From: Tricharina praecox
Taxonomy: Eukaryota
Length of the DNA stretch: 64,000 nt
Assembly (NCBI RefSeq): GCF_024521635.1
Contig: NW_026250403.1
Location: 1,426,001 to 1,490,000 of the forward strand
Direction: 5' to 3'
The notes under the pieces are model-generated. The model saw only the letters and a program-made list of their open reading frames with translations. It was not told where the DNA came from and searched no databases. Of this stretch, positions 37,190 through 49,378 are shown piece by piece (within the stretch, counting starts at the first letter, position 1; each line of letters opens with the position of its first letter). The position numbers were made by a program, and so were the translations under genes.

Positions 37190-38464
37190 GGTGTATACTG
37201 TGTAAGCTTTGATCGGAATGAGGTAGCGATGTTGATGGTAGCGAGCTTATCGTTCGTGGTCGTGACCACTTGGTGGCGATTTTGCGATGTAGGTGTTGAG
37301 GAGTGGTAGTGTTGTCGTGTCGTGGTTGTTGATGTTTTGGCGCAAGGGGTCGCGCAAGCGTAAACAAAGGGTGGTGACTTCTGCCTCCCCCTCTCACTCG
37401 CTCGGCGTGTTTTTTGTCGATTTTTTTCCTTTTTCACTCGTTTTTCTCCCCGCCAATCCATCCCTCGAGGATCCTTCGCTTAAGAACCAAGCAGGAAGTG
37501 CTCCCTCCCTTTGCAGTTAGCCTTCCGACAACTTTCCCCCAGGCTTGGTCGGCTTGGCATGAGCATCGGTCCGTAGTCGCAATTGCTCCGGCGAATCGAC
37601 ACTTCGAGATATTTGCACGGAGTCCTGCCCGCCGGCTGTTGTTCGTTGTTGGACACCGTGTTCTAACGCTCCAGGCCCTTTCTCTCTGTTGCTGTTTCTG
37701 CTGAGACAGACAACAACGAAGGAGTGTTCGGCGGTGAATGGCCCTGGCCCGTTGCTCTTGACAACCAGCTTTGTTTACACCCACCGCTGGGTTGTTGATG
37801 GCCACCATCCACCAACCATTCAGCCAGCCAGCCGCCTGCATCCCCGCAGAGAAAGTGTCAGGAAGACTCTCCCGCCGGCCAGTCGTTCCAGACAGGGGCT
37901 GTGAGTTGATGCGCTGCCAATTGCCATGGCCCCATCCGTCGTCATCCTCTGTGTGGCCCTGGCGATGAATGACCGTTCTTGAGTGTCGGAACAGGGCGGT
38001 CTGTACCTGCCATTATAATTGGAGAAACCGGTGAATCTGCTGCTGCTGCGGCCACCAACAACGCCCTCCTCGCTCTCTCTTCTCTCTCCGTACAAGCGCG
38101 AGCGCGTGTGTGAAAACTACCAGAACAGGAAATACCAGACGCTGCTAAGTTCTAAATTAGGTTGGGCCAGCCTCTTCGTCTCTCTCCTGGCCTGGGTCCA
38201 CTGACCGAACCAACCGACAGAGCCAACGAACGACTTCTTCTCTTTCTCCCTCCCTCTCCTCCCTCCTACTCTGACCAGACAACACAACCACCACCACCAC
38301 TCCCGACCGCAATTCCCGACTACAACCACACACACTCATTATCTCATTTTTAGATGCCATCGTCCGAATAGGCCACATCCGTGTGTATCAACTTCAGCCT
38401 CTCCTCCTCCTCGAGGCCCTGAAGTCTTCTCGCACCACAACAACCTCGACCCAGCCCCCTCCAG

Positions 38465-39828
38465 ATGTCGCCAACCAAGCCCTCTACTTCGGTCTCCACA
38501 CGACTTCAGCGACACGTAGGCACCGTGGCTTCGAGTATCCCACGGCGTATCAAAACAAGTGCAGCCGCATCGATAAAATCCCAAAATGTCGAGCCAAAAT
38601 CGAAAACAGTATTGAAGTCGAAACTGAAATCGAACTCATCGACTGGTAACAAGGACTCGATATTCAACGACTCGACCGCCACTACACTACCAGCAAAAGT
38701 GACATCGTACTTCGCAGGTGCTCAGTATGGAGGGGATAACAAGGAGAACATTCCTTTATCTGGTGTCATGACCCGTTCACGGGCAAGTCGAGTAAACGGA
38801 GGCTCTCCTACGAGAGGCAAGAGTGAGTTTACATGACTTTGTTTTTTCTGTGAATTCTGGGACTCGACCACCACATAATCGGCCAACCACGACGACATGA
38901 ATGATACCTCGCTCTTCCGATTCACTGGTGCTGACGATATTCTTGGTAAACAGGCGGCATCTCGAAAGCAACTCCATCAATTCTTCAGAGATCGGCACTG
39001 GCACGCCTCCCACTACGTGAGTTGTCTGAGGGCGAGATCTTTGAACGTGATGAGGCGGCGCTTGGGGACCTGCGGCGACGACGGTCTGGCGAACATTCGG
39101 GCTCATATGTCGAATTCGATTCGCATACTGCCCAAGCTGTCGACACTCGTGCCTCATCGGCCATTTCATCATCGACCGTCACGGCTAGCTTGCATTCTAC
39201 TACTGTCACGGAAGTGATTGAAGAAGAAGATGGCAAGGAGGAATGCGGTGGAAAGATTCGTGTGTTGCGAAGGACGGACAGCGAGGAGGTATTGCGGGTG
39301 AAGGTGGAGGCCATAATGGCGGCCACTTCGGCAGCATCTTCATCGACTGGAACGACGAAGAAATTCTCGACCCTTCGCAAGAGGATGCAGACCCCGACAA
39401 AGCTGAAGCACCCTGCCCTCAAAGACTCGCCTGCCTTTTCCCCCGCCACCACTCCCCTTCCTTTCGCTGGCTCCTCGGAGCGCTTCTCGCTGTCGCCGAC
39501 CAAGGAGTCACCTATACTCTCTCGCCAGTCTGCTGCCGCCGTCACAAAGGCCCAGCAATCCCCTGTGCGCACCGTGAGAAAGGGACTGGGCACCAAGAGT
39601 GCCAATACGATTATGAAGGAGGTCGTCAATGCGATCAAGGAGAACCCAGACAAGGGAAAGAAGGTTATCATCTCTGCGAGCAACAACCCGACCGTTGGAC
39701 AGAAGAAGAAGACAGCGACAAAGAAGCCTGCCGGCGGCTTGAATACTCTGCGCAGGGCTGCAGGATCTTCCCGTCCGACTACGACAGCCGCGAAGGCTGG
39801 GCTGGAGTCTATCAGAAGGATGCGGTAA
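38465..39828 (+). CDS. Hypothetical basic disordered protein with KEN box, D-box-like motif and CDK sites (~410 aa)
   Basis: Exons 38465-38822 and 38954-39828; intron GTGAGT..GCTGAC..CAG joins ORFs 38465 and 39022 in frame. Confidence 0.8.
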
Positions 39829-42371
39829 CGCGGGATGGTTCCCGGTCTGCGGGAACATGGATGGGATCAATATTTCGGGCTGGTTGTTTGGAACTTTGAA
39901 TGAAAGTTCATTTCTGCAACTGTGGAGCGTTTCTTGTTTTGGCCTTTTCGTTTCTTCTCATTTCCTCATCGGCTTCTTTCTTTTGCGTGAAAGATATCCG
40001 CCTTCTGGGGGCCAGTATTGCATTTTCTGTTTTCGCCCCCCCCCCAATTACCACGCCCTATCCTCGATCCATCCAACAACCAGTCATATACATGCGTTGC
40101 TGTAAAGTATGTATTCGTGCCTGCATGGCGTTTCGTCCTCGTTCGTTACGGAGTCTATTCATTTAATCCTCGGGAGAAGAAAGGGGGAGGCTATGATTTT
40201 GGTTTCCTTTGCCCAGTGCCTACCCGTTTTACTGTATATATATACGACTTTACCCCTTTGGAATGCCCCCCCGGTGGATTTAGTTTTTTTGTCGACTCAG
40301 TTAAACTGTTTGAGGTGAACCATTGTTTTGTTGCTTTAAAGTTTTCTTGCGCGTTTGCTTTTTGTCTGTGGTGTCGTGTGGTGTGGTGTATTCGAACAGT
40401 TTTGATTTCGTCAGGAGGAGGGAGGAGGAGGAGTAGATGGTGACTTGACATGCGTCACAGTTCATGGGAAAACACGGGAGCTCAAATTCATATTCAATAC
40501 TCTCGTACATACGCAGATCGGATGAAGTGATAGGTGCATTCGGCGATTCTAAGGTGTGTCATGGCACGTCACTCGGTTTTTCGGATGGCTTGAGGACGTC
40601 GTGGAACATCGAGCTACCTACCGTACCTGGATGTGTACTGTTGAGGTGGTTGGACCAATCATCAACTTGTGGATGGGTTCAGCCAGAGGGCTAAATGTAG
40701 AAGATTGTAAGGACTCGCGTGGGAATGCCCTTACTTCGTTCCTGCCGTGTACGACGTTCGTGTGCAGGTACGTGGCTCTTGGTGAGAAGAACCAATCAAG
40801 CCATCTCCGAGCGCCATCAAAAGTTTCACTTTGGGTCGAGCTTGTTGGTTTCCCCATTCAGTAGGCCTGATTGACGGTGGCTTGGAACATCTGCGGATTA
40901 CGACGATCAGGCTTCAGCGTCAGTGCCGGAAACAAAAGTAACCGGCAGATTCGAGTGAGAAGTGAGCCATCAATAGCCGCGACAAGCGCTGCATGTATTA
41001 TCACTCACTCCGTAACTCATTTCGAGAGTTTTGCTGAATGGGAAACTGGGTTGAATGGGAGGTATCAGACTGTATTGTCACTACTTTGCCGCGAAGATAA
41101 ACTGCCGATTCTGGAGCATCTCATTGATAGCCAGGCTGGGGCTGGTGGATCGTGCTCTCCACTCCAACCGCGAATGAACCTGCCTCGGCCGAAGTTCACT
41201 CTTCAAGAACTCATTCATCCACGACGCTGCACATGTCCTCGGTGGAAGTATCCAGTAGACATCCTCTACCTTTATATCTATCTACCGCTGGCGAAAGCTC
41301 GTCCGTGATTACGAATTGACGAAGTGTATGTGCATACCTACCTCGTATCCGCTCCAGCGCACGACGCCGTAATTTCGACGATCGTTGATTTAAAACCCAT
41401 CTGAGTGAGACGGTATGATCGGCCGTACTCTCATATTCCCATCCCCTCCTACCCTCCCAAATGTCAACGGAGGAAGTAAGAGCCGTCGTCGCCCGGCGCT
41501 TCATTGGTTAGAACTTAGCGGTACTGGCGGCGACCCACTCCGGCGCCGCTATGGATTTCAGCCGGTCAGGGATACGATGTCTATGCTACTCCAGCTGCAT
41601 CCACCTTCTCTAAAAGGGTTTTTGTATACGAAGTGAGTTGGTGATCGCAGTTGGCGTGTTGCTCTGTAAGCCGCCTTGGCGTCATGGTTGTCCAATATCG
41701 AAGCTTCACGAATGAGGTTTTACATTTTTACAAAGCAGTCGTGGAGGTGGAGGTGGGCGCAAGACTTCTGGAGATGGCGCGCACTGTGCCCGAGGTGGAT
41801 GTCCATCTCAAATGTCCAAGTTTTAACCCCAACGATTGATATTGAGATTGGGATGTATATCTCCCCACTCAAACTGCGGATTTCAACCGGCTGCTCCAGT
41901 TTCACCCGATAAACCATCCCCAAACCTCCTACAAAATCCCTCCATGTATGTAGATACCTACCTATTGCCGCCTCGCCCAGGTTTTCTGCATCGGAGCATA
42001 TACCTACTCTATAGTTACACTCCAATTTTCCCAACCTCGTTTATTTACACGAGGGCATGTAAGGATTGTGCTGGGAGGAGGATGATGTGCGTAGAGTAGT
42101 TAGCTTGGCGGGGGATATGATCCAGGGAAGCTGCCTTCTAACTAGGGCCGGCGTACCTGCCCACCTCTGCGGATCCCAGGAGGGGCCTTGCAGCAAGCTG
42201 CTGGACGGACGGACAAACGTGGGCGATATGATTATTCAGGCACGCCGGACGGAGGGCCTATTATGCTACTGCGAGCGATGCAATGGCGCGAGGGCGCGCG
42301 CGCTCGCTCGGATTTATAAAGTCCCTCGTAGCTCCCACGATGAACAGGAGTCCAGCAGCGCAGTCCGCAAG

Positions 42372-44321
42372 ATGTGGTCCTCCATCCCCCTTCTCGTCCT
42401 TTCCCTCCTCCCCGCGGCGTCCGCAGCCTCCGCGGCGCGCTGCAAGGCATTCCCCAACACCTCGTCGTGGCCCGCGGCCTCCCGATGGTCGGCGCTAAAC
42501 AGCGCGGTCTCGGGCCGTCTCGAGACGGTTCGCCCGCCTGCCGCCGTGTGCTACGAAACGTTCGATGGCGTGCCCTCCTACGATGCGGCGAAGTGCCAGG
42601 CGTATACAGCTGGCTTTTACGATACCGATGTGCATCTTGCGAGTCCGGTCAGTATCTATTGGGACTTCTGGACGAACCGCACGTGTGTGCCCACCGATGA
42701 TCCGACGAGCGGCGAGTGCACGAGAGGCGCGTTTCCGAACTATGTGATCAAAGCACAGAGCGTGAAGGATGTGCAGGCGGGTGTGAATTTTGCGAAGAAG
42801 AATAATGTCAGGCTGTAAGTTCCACTGGGTGCTGGTTCCTTGGTGCGAATTGGGCTGATCAGTGCAACAGAGTGATCAAGAATACCGGCCATGACTTTAT
42901 GGGAAAGAGTATCGGTACCGGCTCGTTGAGTATCTGGACGCATCTCTTCCAGTCCGTCAAGATAATCGACAAATACAGCGACCCATCGACAAGCTACAAG
43001 GGCAGCGCAGTAAAGCTGGGAGCTGGAGTGCAGATCGCGAATTTGTACACGGAGCTGGCCAAGGTTGGGAAGGTGATTGTGGCTGGGGAGTGTCCCGTAA
43101 GTTAGCTCACGACCAGTTAGGGGCTCTTGTTTGCTGACGAGGGAAACGAGTAGACTGTCGGCTTCGCGGGTGGATATATCCAAGGTGGTGGACACGGTCC
43201 GCTTTCGACTATTCTGGGAATGGGGACGGACAGTGTTCTGCAGTACACACTCGTCACCGCCGATGGGAAATACATCACGGCCGATGCCAAGAGCAATTCC
43301 GATATCTTCTGGGCCATGCGTGGAGGCGGTGGCGCATCTTGGGGCGTCTTGATATCAGTGAGCATTACCTTCGGTACATGGTATGCAGTGAGGATCCGTA
43401 TTCTGACTGGATTTGCAACAAGGTCACCGTGAAAACCCATGACACCCCACCCGTCTCCGGTGCAGTATTCAACTTCGACGTCCCGGCAATGTCCCAGGAC
43501 ACATACTGGGCTGCAGTTGAGGCATTCCACTCGTTTGCGCCCTCCTTCGCCGACGCGGGCATATTCGGCTACTACGAACTCAACAAACAGTTATGGTTCA
43601 TCAAGCCACTCATAGCACCCCACAAGACACTGAGCGAGCTGGCGGCGATCATGGCCCCCATGATGGCAAAGTTCGACGAGTTGGGAGTGAAATACACCTC
43701 CAACATCACCACGCACTCCACTTTCCTGGAGGGGTACGAAGCGCTATTCGATCCCGAAGGCGCCGGCGCCAATATGTTCACCTCGTCTCGTCTCTTCCTC
43801 CGCGAGCACGTAGAGGGAAACAACTCCGCCATCACGGCAGCGTTCCGTAACGGCGCGGAACAAGGGTACCATTTTATTGGCCATGTTGTCGCTCCCGGCC
43901 AGTTCGGTGGAGTCTCCAAGGAAACCAGTGTCAACCCTATCTGGAAGAAGGGGCTTTTGCTACCACTATATAACTATATGTGGAATGGTACGGAGACTCA
44001 GGAGCAAAAGTGGGCGGTCATCCAGAATTTGATCGACAATGTCGATACTGAGTTCAAGGACGCTTCCCCCGGCAGCGGGACTTATATCAACGAGGTGTGT
44101 TCTGCAATCCCTTGCCCCTTAATCGTTCACTCGATGCTGACTGACTGTGAAAGGCGAACTTGTATGAACCGAACTGGCAGAACGACTTTTACGGTGCGGC
44201 GTATCCGCGGTTGTTGAAGATCAAGAAGAAGGTTGATCCCACGGGAGTATTCTATGCGAAGACGGCGGTCGGGAGTGAGCTCTGGAAGGAGGTGGACGGT
44301 GGACGGCTGTGCAAAGCCTAA
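42372..44321 (+). CDS. Secreted FAD-linked oxidoreductase (berberine bridge enzyme-like)
   Basis: Exons 42372-42814, 42871-43096, 43154-43357, 43423-44094, 44154-44321. Signal peptide, KNTGHDFMGKS, GECPTVGFAGGYIQGGGHGP, FWAMRGGGG, GTYINEA, FYG..YPRLLKIKKKVDP. TATA (TTATAAA) at ~42314. Confidence 0.93.
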
Positions 44322-46513
44322 GTGCTATAGCTCGTGTTAGGGAGGGTGTCGCGAACGTCCGTGAATCCAAGAGAAATGAACCACCTTAGCAGAGAATGGC
44401 AGAACTAGTGAGGTCCGCAACAGTGAATAGAGAGACGGTGGGCCGAACCGACATACTGCTTGGAAACGACAGCTGCTTGGAAACCCGCAGAAAATGAAGG
44501 ACCGAGAAGTGCAGGTTGACCGAGTGGATTAGATTGGAAAGCCCACACTCACGGCAGGATCCGCCAGCTTTGGGAGAGGAGAGAAGGTCGGCGTAGTTGC
44601 TGCCTCAGTGGGTGTTCTCGTGGAGGGGGAGGGAACTTGAATGGGAGGACGTCGACAGATAGAGAGTGACTCAAAGGTTCATTGTCGTTGGCCGGCGGCA
44701 ACGAGGTGTGCAGAATGCCAAGAAAAGGGCTTTTCCGGTTCCCCACGTTGCCATCTTGTGCCCACTCGGATATGAGCGAGATCGCTGTGGGGGGATGATT
44801 CCTTTGGCGAGCTTTTTCCTGCAAACCATCTGCAAACCATCTGCAAGTGTCCACAGAAAAACTGTCGCCGGTGAGTTTCCGAACGTCCAGGCTCTGAAAG
44901 ATTGTTCCTCCAGATCCGGCGAGCAGCGAAATCTTCAAAAGGCCATATTATGATGGTCGAAGCCACCACCAAATCATCACCAGAAATCGTGAGCCGTGGA
45001 GATCCCGTCCGTGGCCAACGTATATAGGGCTAGGCAGGCTCACGTTAACCGAGAAAGCTGGGGCCGTTCTCGGGAGCGACTGTTCCTGATCCGGGTAGCC
45101 TCTGATAGTGGTGAATACGGTAGCGTTCCGCTGATAGGGTTCCACATGTGGGTGCATCGCGTCTCCCCCACAGTCTGCCAGACGTTGCGATTTCTGGCGG
45201 TCATCGCCATGTGTTGGGTGGGCCATGCGGGGCTACCGGGCTTCCACATCGGATCGGAGTTCGGCGCTTTCGGTGGAGAGATGAGAGCGTGCTGTCTGAG
45301 TTGGCCGTGACACGCGTTTGCGGCGGATCGGTTGGAGACAATCACAGACATGCGAATAAGATTCCTACATACTCTATGTATGCAGAGAGTGTCCGGGCTA
45401 TGTCTCCCGCTCGCCGAAGCGGACAAAGCCGAGAAGTATGCGTTCCACCTCTGGGCGCGCGGAGAGCTGGTGCCCGTCGCATGAAGTATGTGCGGACGAC
45501 CAATGGAGCCAAAAAAACCCTCCCCCCATTACCGGAGACTCACTCTAAGATGACCATAAGACTCGTAACCGTTGAGAAGAGTCAGTGGAGTTCTCCGTTT
45601 ACGTTTGTATGATACGTGGAGCGTATTTGGCCTGCACGTACCGCTATGTAATAGCAGCGTGGGAAATGCTATTGTGACTCGTGAGCGCACGCACGGCTTG
45701 GAGAGTGCTAAAACCCTCTTACAATCTAGATCAATTCAAGTTCACGAAGAGAAAAAAAGGAAACACAAAATCGCCACTGTTGCCTGCTCTGTATCAAGAG
45801 CCCACTCGTATCTGCCCTTCCGTTACGGCAACCTCGCGCTTATCGCAGATAATCCGGGCCGAGACGCTACAGTCAGCGACGTTTTGGCCACACTCACCAT
45901 GGCGACCCATCGGAGCTCTCCGCCCACCGCTTGTTATCACCGCCACAAACTGATATCCCGCCAAAAACTACCCTTCCTCAGACCAGGGACTCGGTTGTGA
46001 TGTTCGGCGAGCTCTCGATTTCTTGAATCTGAATTCTGGCTTGCAGCAAAGTGATTCCGGCGTTCTGGTTACTGGAGTCTGGAGATTCGCCTTGTGTATC
46101 GAATCATCATTCCAGTGCCTGGGCCTGATTAGCTCCCTCCTCCGAGGCGATATCGATTGTACTGGGTGCTTGAGGCCTCGAATGATGGATATAAACCACC
46201 TGTTGCCCCCAGTCCGTTGAGATTATCAGTCCAGGCTCATCCACAGGGTCGCTTCATCGGGATCTTTCCAGCTCGTATAACCAGGGTAGTCGTCCGACCA
46301 CCTTTTTACCCCCAGGCTTTACTTCACAGTTCGGTACCTATCCGACGCTTGGTTAGCAGTCGGCCTTATCGTCGCTTCGACACCCCAATTCTCCCGAGCG
46401 GCCTGCGTTAGCTCTCGCACATACTCTGCCCATACAGTGACGGTCACCGTATTTCGATATAAAGCCCGTCTTCGAAGCATTGGGCACTCGCGGCGCTCGT
46501 ACACACAGCAAAG

Positions 46514-48638
46514 ATGTCCACGCCGAGCGAGATTGTTCCGGGTTCCATCCCCAAAAAGACCATCAGCGACAGGATCCGGCGGCTTGTTTGGGCCTTCACA
46601 ACCAAGTAAGAATTCTACCCTATACAGTTCAGCATGTTCGACATCGTTCTAACCGCTGTCCTAGAGAGGGTATCGTTGGGGACTACGACTATGCGTTCCT
46701 CTTCCGAGTATGTCCCCAATTTCCTCGCAGCTTAGGTGGCAATATCTGACGTACATACACAGCCTAATCTTCCGTTCATGAAGAAGCCTCGGCGGGCTTC
46801 ACCATTTTTTGGACTCAATGATCACATGCCCGTTGTACTTGCGCTTTTACTCGGGTTTCAACAGTATGTCTCTCAAAGAAGAATCATCGAACACGGATAC
46901 TAAAGCGTCGTGATAGTGCTCTTGCCATGCTGGCTGGTGTGATCACACCTCCGATTCTTCTCTCCGGGGCTGCCGGTGCCAATTTCACTATTGCAACCCA
47001 GCAATATCTCGTCTCGGCATCTCTCATTGTGTGCGGTATCTTGTCTTTGATTCAGATCACCCGATTCCACATCAAAGGCACCCCGTACTTTATTGGCACT
47101 GGTTTGATCTCTGTGTACAACTCTCCCTCTTTTGGACGCAAAAGTCTGGTCTAATATCCAGTGTAGAGTCGGAACCTCCTTCACCATCATTCCCATAGCC
47201 CAGAAAGCTTTGGCACAGTTCTACCGGAACGGAACCTGCCCGATTGCAGCAGATGGCACAAAATTGCCCTGTCCAAATGGATATGGAGCAATCCTTGGAA
47301 CGGCATGTTTGTGCGCTATTCTCGAAATCGGTCTCTCCTTCCTCCCACCGAAAGTACTCCGCAAGCTCTTCCCTCCGATTGTCACCGGACCCACCGTCAT
47401 GCTCATCGGTGTTCATCTCATCGAGACCGGTTTCCAGAACTGGGCTGGAGGAACCGGTCCCTGCAAGGATCGTCCTGATGGCTTCTTCTCCATGTGTCCC
47501 AACATCAATGCCCCCCACCCTTTGCCCTGGGGATCTGCAGAGTTCCTTGGCTTGGGTTTCTCGGTATTCGTCACCATCATCCTGTGCGAAAGATTTGGAA
47601 GCCCCATCATGAAGTCGACTTCTGTAGTGATGGGCCTTATGGTTGGTTGCATCATCGCTGGTGCAACCAATTACTTTGACAAGAGCGGGATTGATGCGGT
47701 AAGTTTTATCAACGGCTTTGTTGGACTATTCCTCTGACGCCTTGAATTAGGCACCTGTTGCGAACTTCATCTGGGTCGAGACCTTCAAGCTGTCAATTTA
47801 TGGTCCTGCTGTATTGCCTATGTTGGCTGTGTATATCATCCTGGCCTGTGAGGCTGTTGGTGACATTTCAGTATGCCTACTAGTCCCTTTTCCCCACGAG
47901 ACTTCCGATGTTGATATAGAATAGGCCACTTGCGAGGTTTCCCGGTTGGATGTTGAGGGAGAGCTCTTCGACTCCCGCATTCAGGGCGGTATTTTGTCCG
48001 ACGGGCTTGCCGGCATCATCGCTGGACTGTGCACCATCACTCCGATGAGTGTGTTCGCTCAGAATAACGGAGTCATCAACCTTACTCGGTGTGCCAACCG
48101 CAAGGCTGGTTTCGCCTGCTGTTTCTTCCTCATTCTCATGGGAATCTTTGCCAAATTCGCCGCCGCTCTCGTCGCAATCCCCCAGGCAGTCTTGGGAGGA
48201 ATGACCACCTTCCTCTTCACCTCGGTCGCAGTCTCCGGAATCAAGATCATCAGCACCATGGCCTTCACCCGCCGCAACAGGTTCATTCTTACTGCTGCGC
48301 TCGCTATCGGTTATGGTGCCACTCTCGTCACCAACTACTTCGAGTGAGTTCCCCCCTCCATAATCCTAGTGGGTGCTGTAGACTGACAGAAATCCAGTTA
48401 CTTCTTCACCTACGAAGGCGACAACCATGCTCTTCGCGGATTCCTGGACGCCATCGAGATCTTCATGGCCACTGGATTCGCAGTTACAGCACTCGTCTCC
48501 ATGGCTCTGAACATGACTCTCCCCGAGGAGCTTGAGGATAACGAGGCCGTCGACCCCGAGGAGAGTGAGAACTCGTTCCACAGTGGTGCGAGTATTGGCG
48601 GAAAGGCTGGGCCGTCGGAGGAAAAGCGGATGGCTTGA
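46514..48638 (+). CDS. Uric acid-xanthine permease (NAT/NCS2 family, UapA/UapC-like)
   Basis: Exons 46514-46605, 46665-46707, 46763-46863, 46917-47114, 47167-47698, 47751-47870, 47925-48343, 48398-48638. Motifs: GDYDYAFLF, GFQHALAM, ACEAVGD, NAT signature FAQNNGVINLTR, and TRRNRFIL. Confidence 0.95.
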
Positions 48639-49378
48639 TTTGTTTTCGTGTTGTAATGAACCATATTGGGGCTAAGGTTTGCGTTTTGCTGTTGATTTCG
48701 GCCGTTTTTGTAAATATCCTGTCGTTGATTGCATGTGGTTGATTTGTTGTATGGTTTTGTGTGTGTGTTTACCCTCTGGAGTTGCAATTGATGCATAACT
48801 TGTGGTGAAGGTGTGTAATTGGTCAAGATGATTTGTTGTGGCGAAGGGAAGGAAAAGGAGGAGTGGAACAGAAGGAGCCGGAATCCTATAAGCGGGGGAT
48901 CTGCGCTTGCTGGGCACTTGGAACTTGTAAGGCCCGCTTCAGAGGGATTTCTTGATAAAATCACATGACATCACTCGTCACGATGAATAAGGCTGGGCTT
49001 GGAGCTACTAGTAATTAGCATGCAGGTGCTGACTAATGAGCCCCAGCCATCGCGACACCGTCGCCGGAAGTCGCGATAGACTCTGCTTCTTCTTCTTCTA
49101 TCTGGATCCCCATGAGCTATCGTTACTATCTCTACCTTGCATCGTGCCTCATACCTCAGCCCTGAGCCCTTGAATGCTAGGGGGAAGATCCACACGGCTC
49201 GAGAATGACTAGGGGCCGAAGTCGGCGGTAGAGCAAGGAGGGGAAGGGGGCGCCATTCTGGATGAAAACACAGCCAACTCTAAAACTTTCGCGAGGACAT
49301 TCAAAACAGACCGCCGAAACTTTAGGATATTGTGGCCATATACCGTCTTCAAGCTTATTCTTTATTTCTTCTTGAGCG

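Noticed and set aside
38354-38464. TAG recoding (A-to-I editing or readthrough) extending the uORF into the main CDS
   Set aside because: Although in frame with ATG 38465, a further in-frame TGA intervenes.
40800-41900. Short ORFs suggesting a pseudogene
   Set aside because: No family recognised and no consistent frame or splice model.
44549-45612. Cluster of ~100-150-aa ORFs on both strands
   Set aside because: No recognisable domain; consistent with chance ORFs in GC-balanced intergenic DNA.
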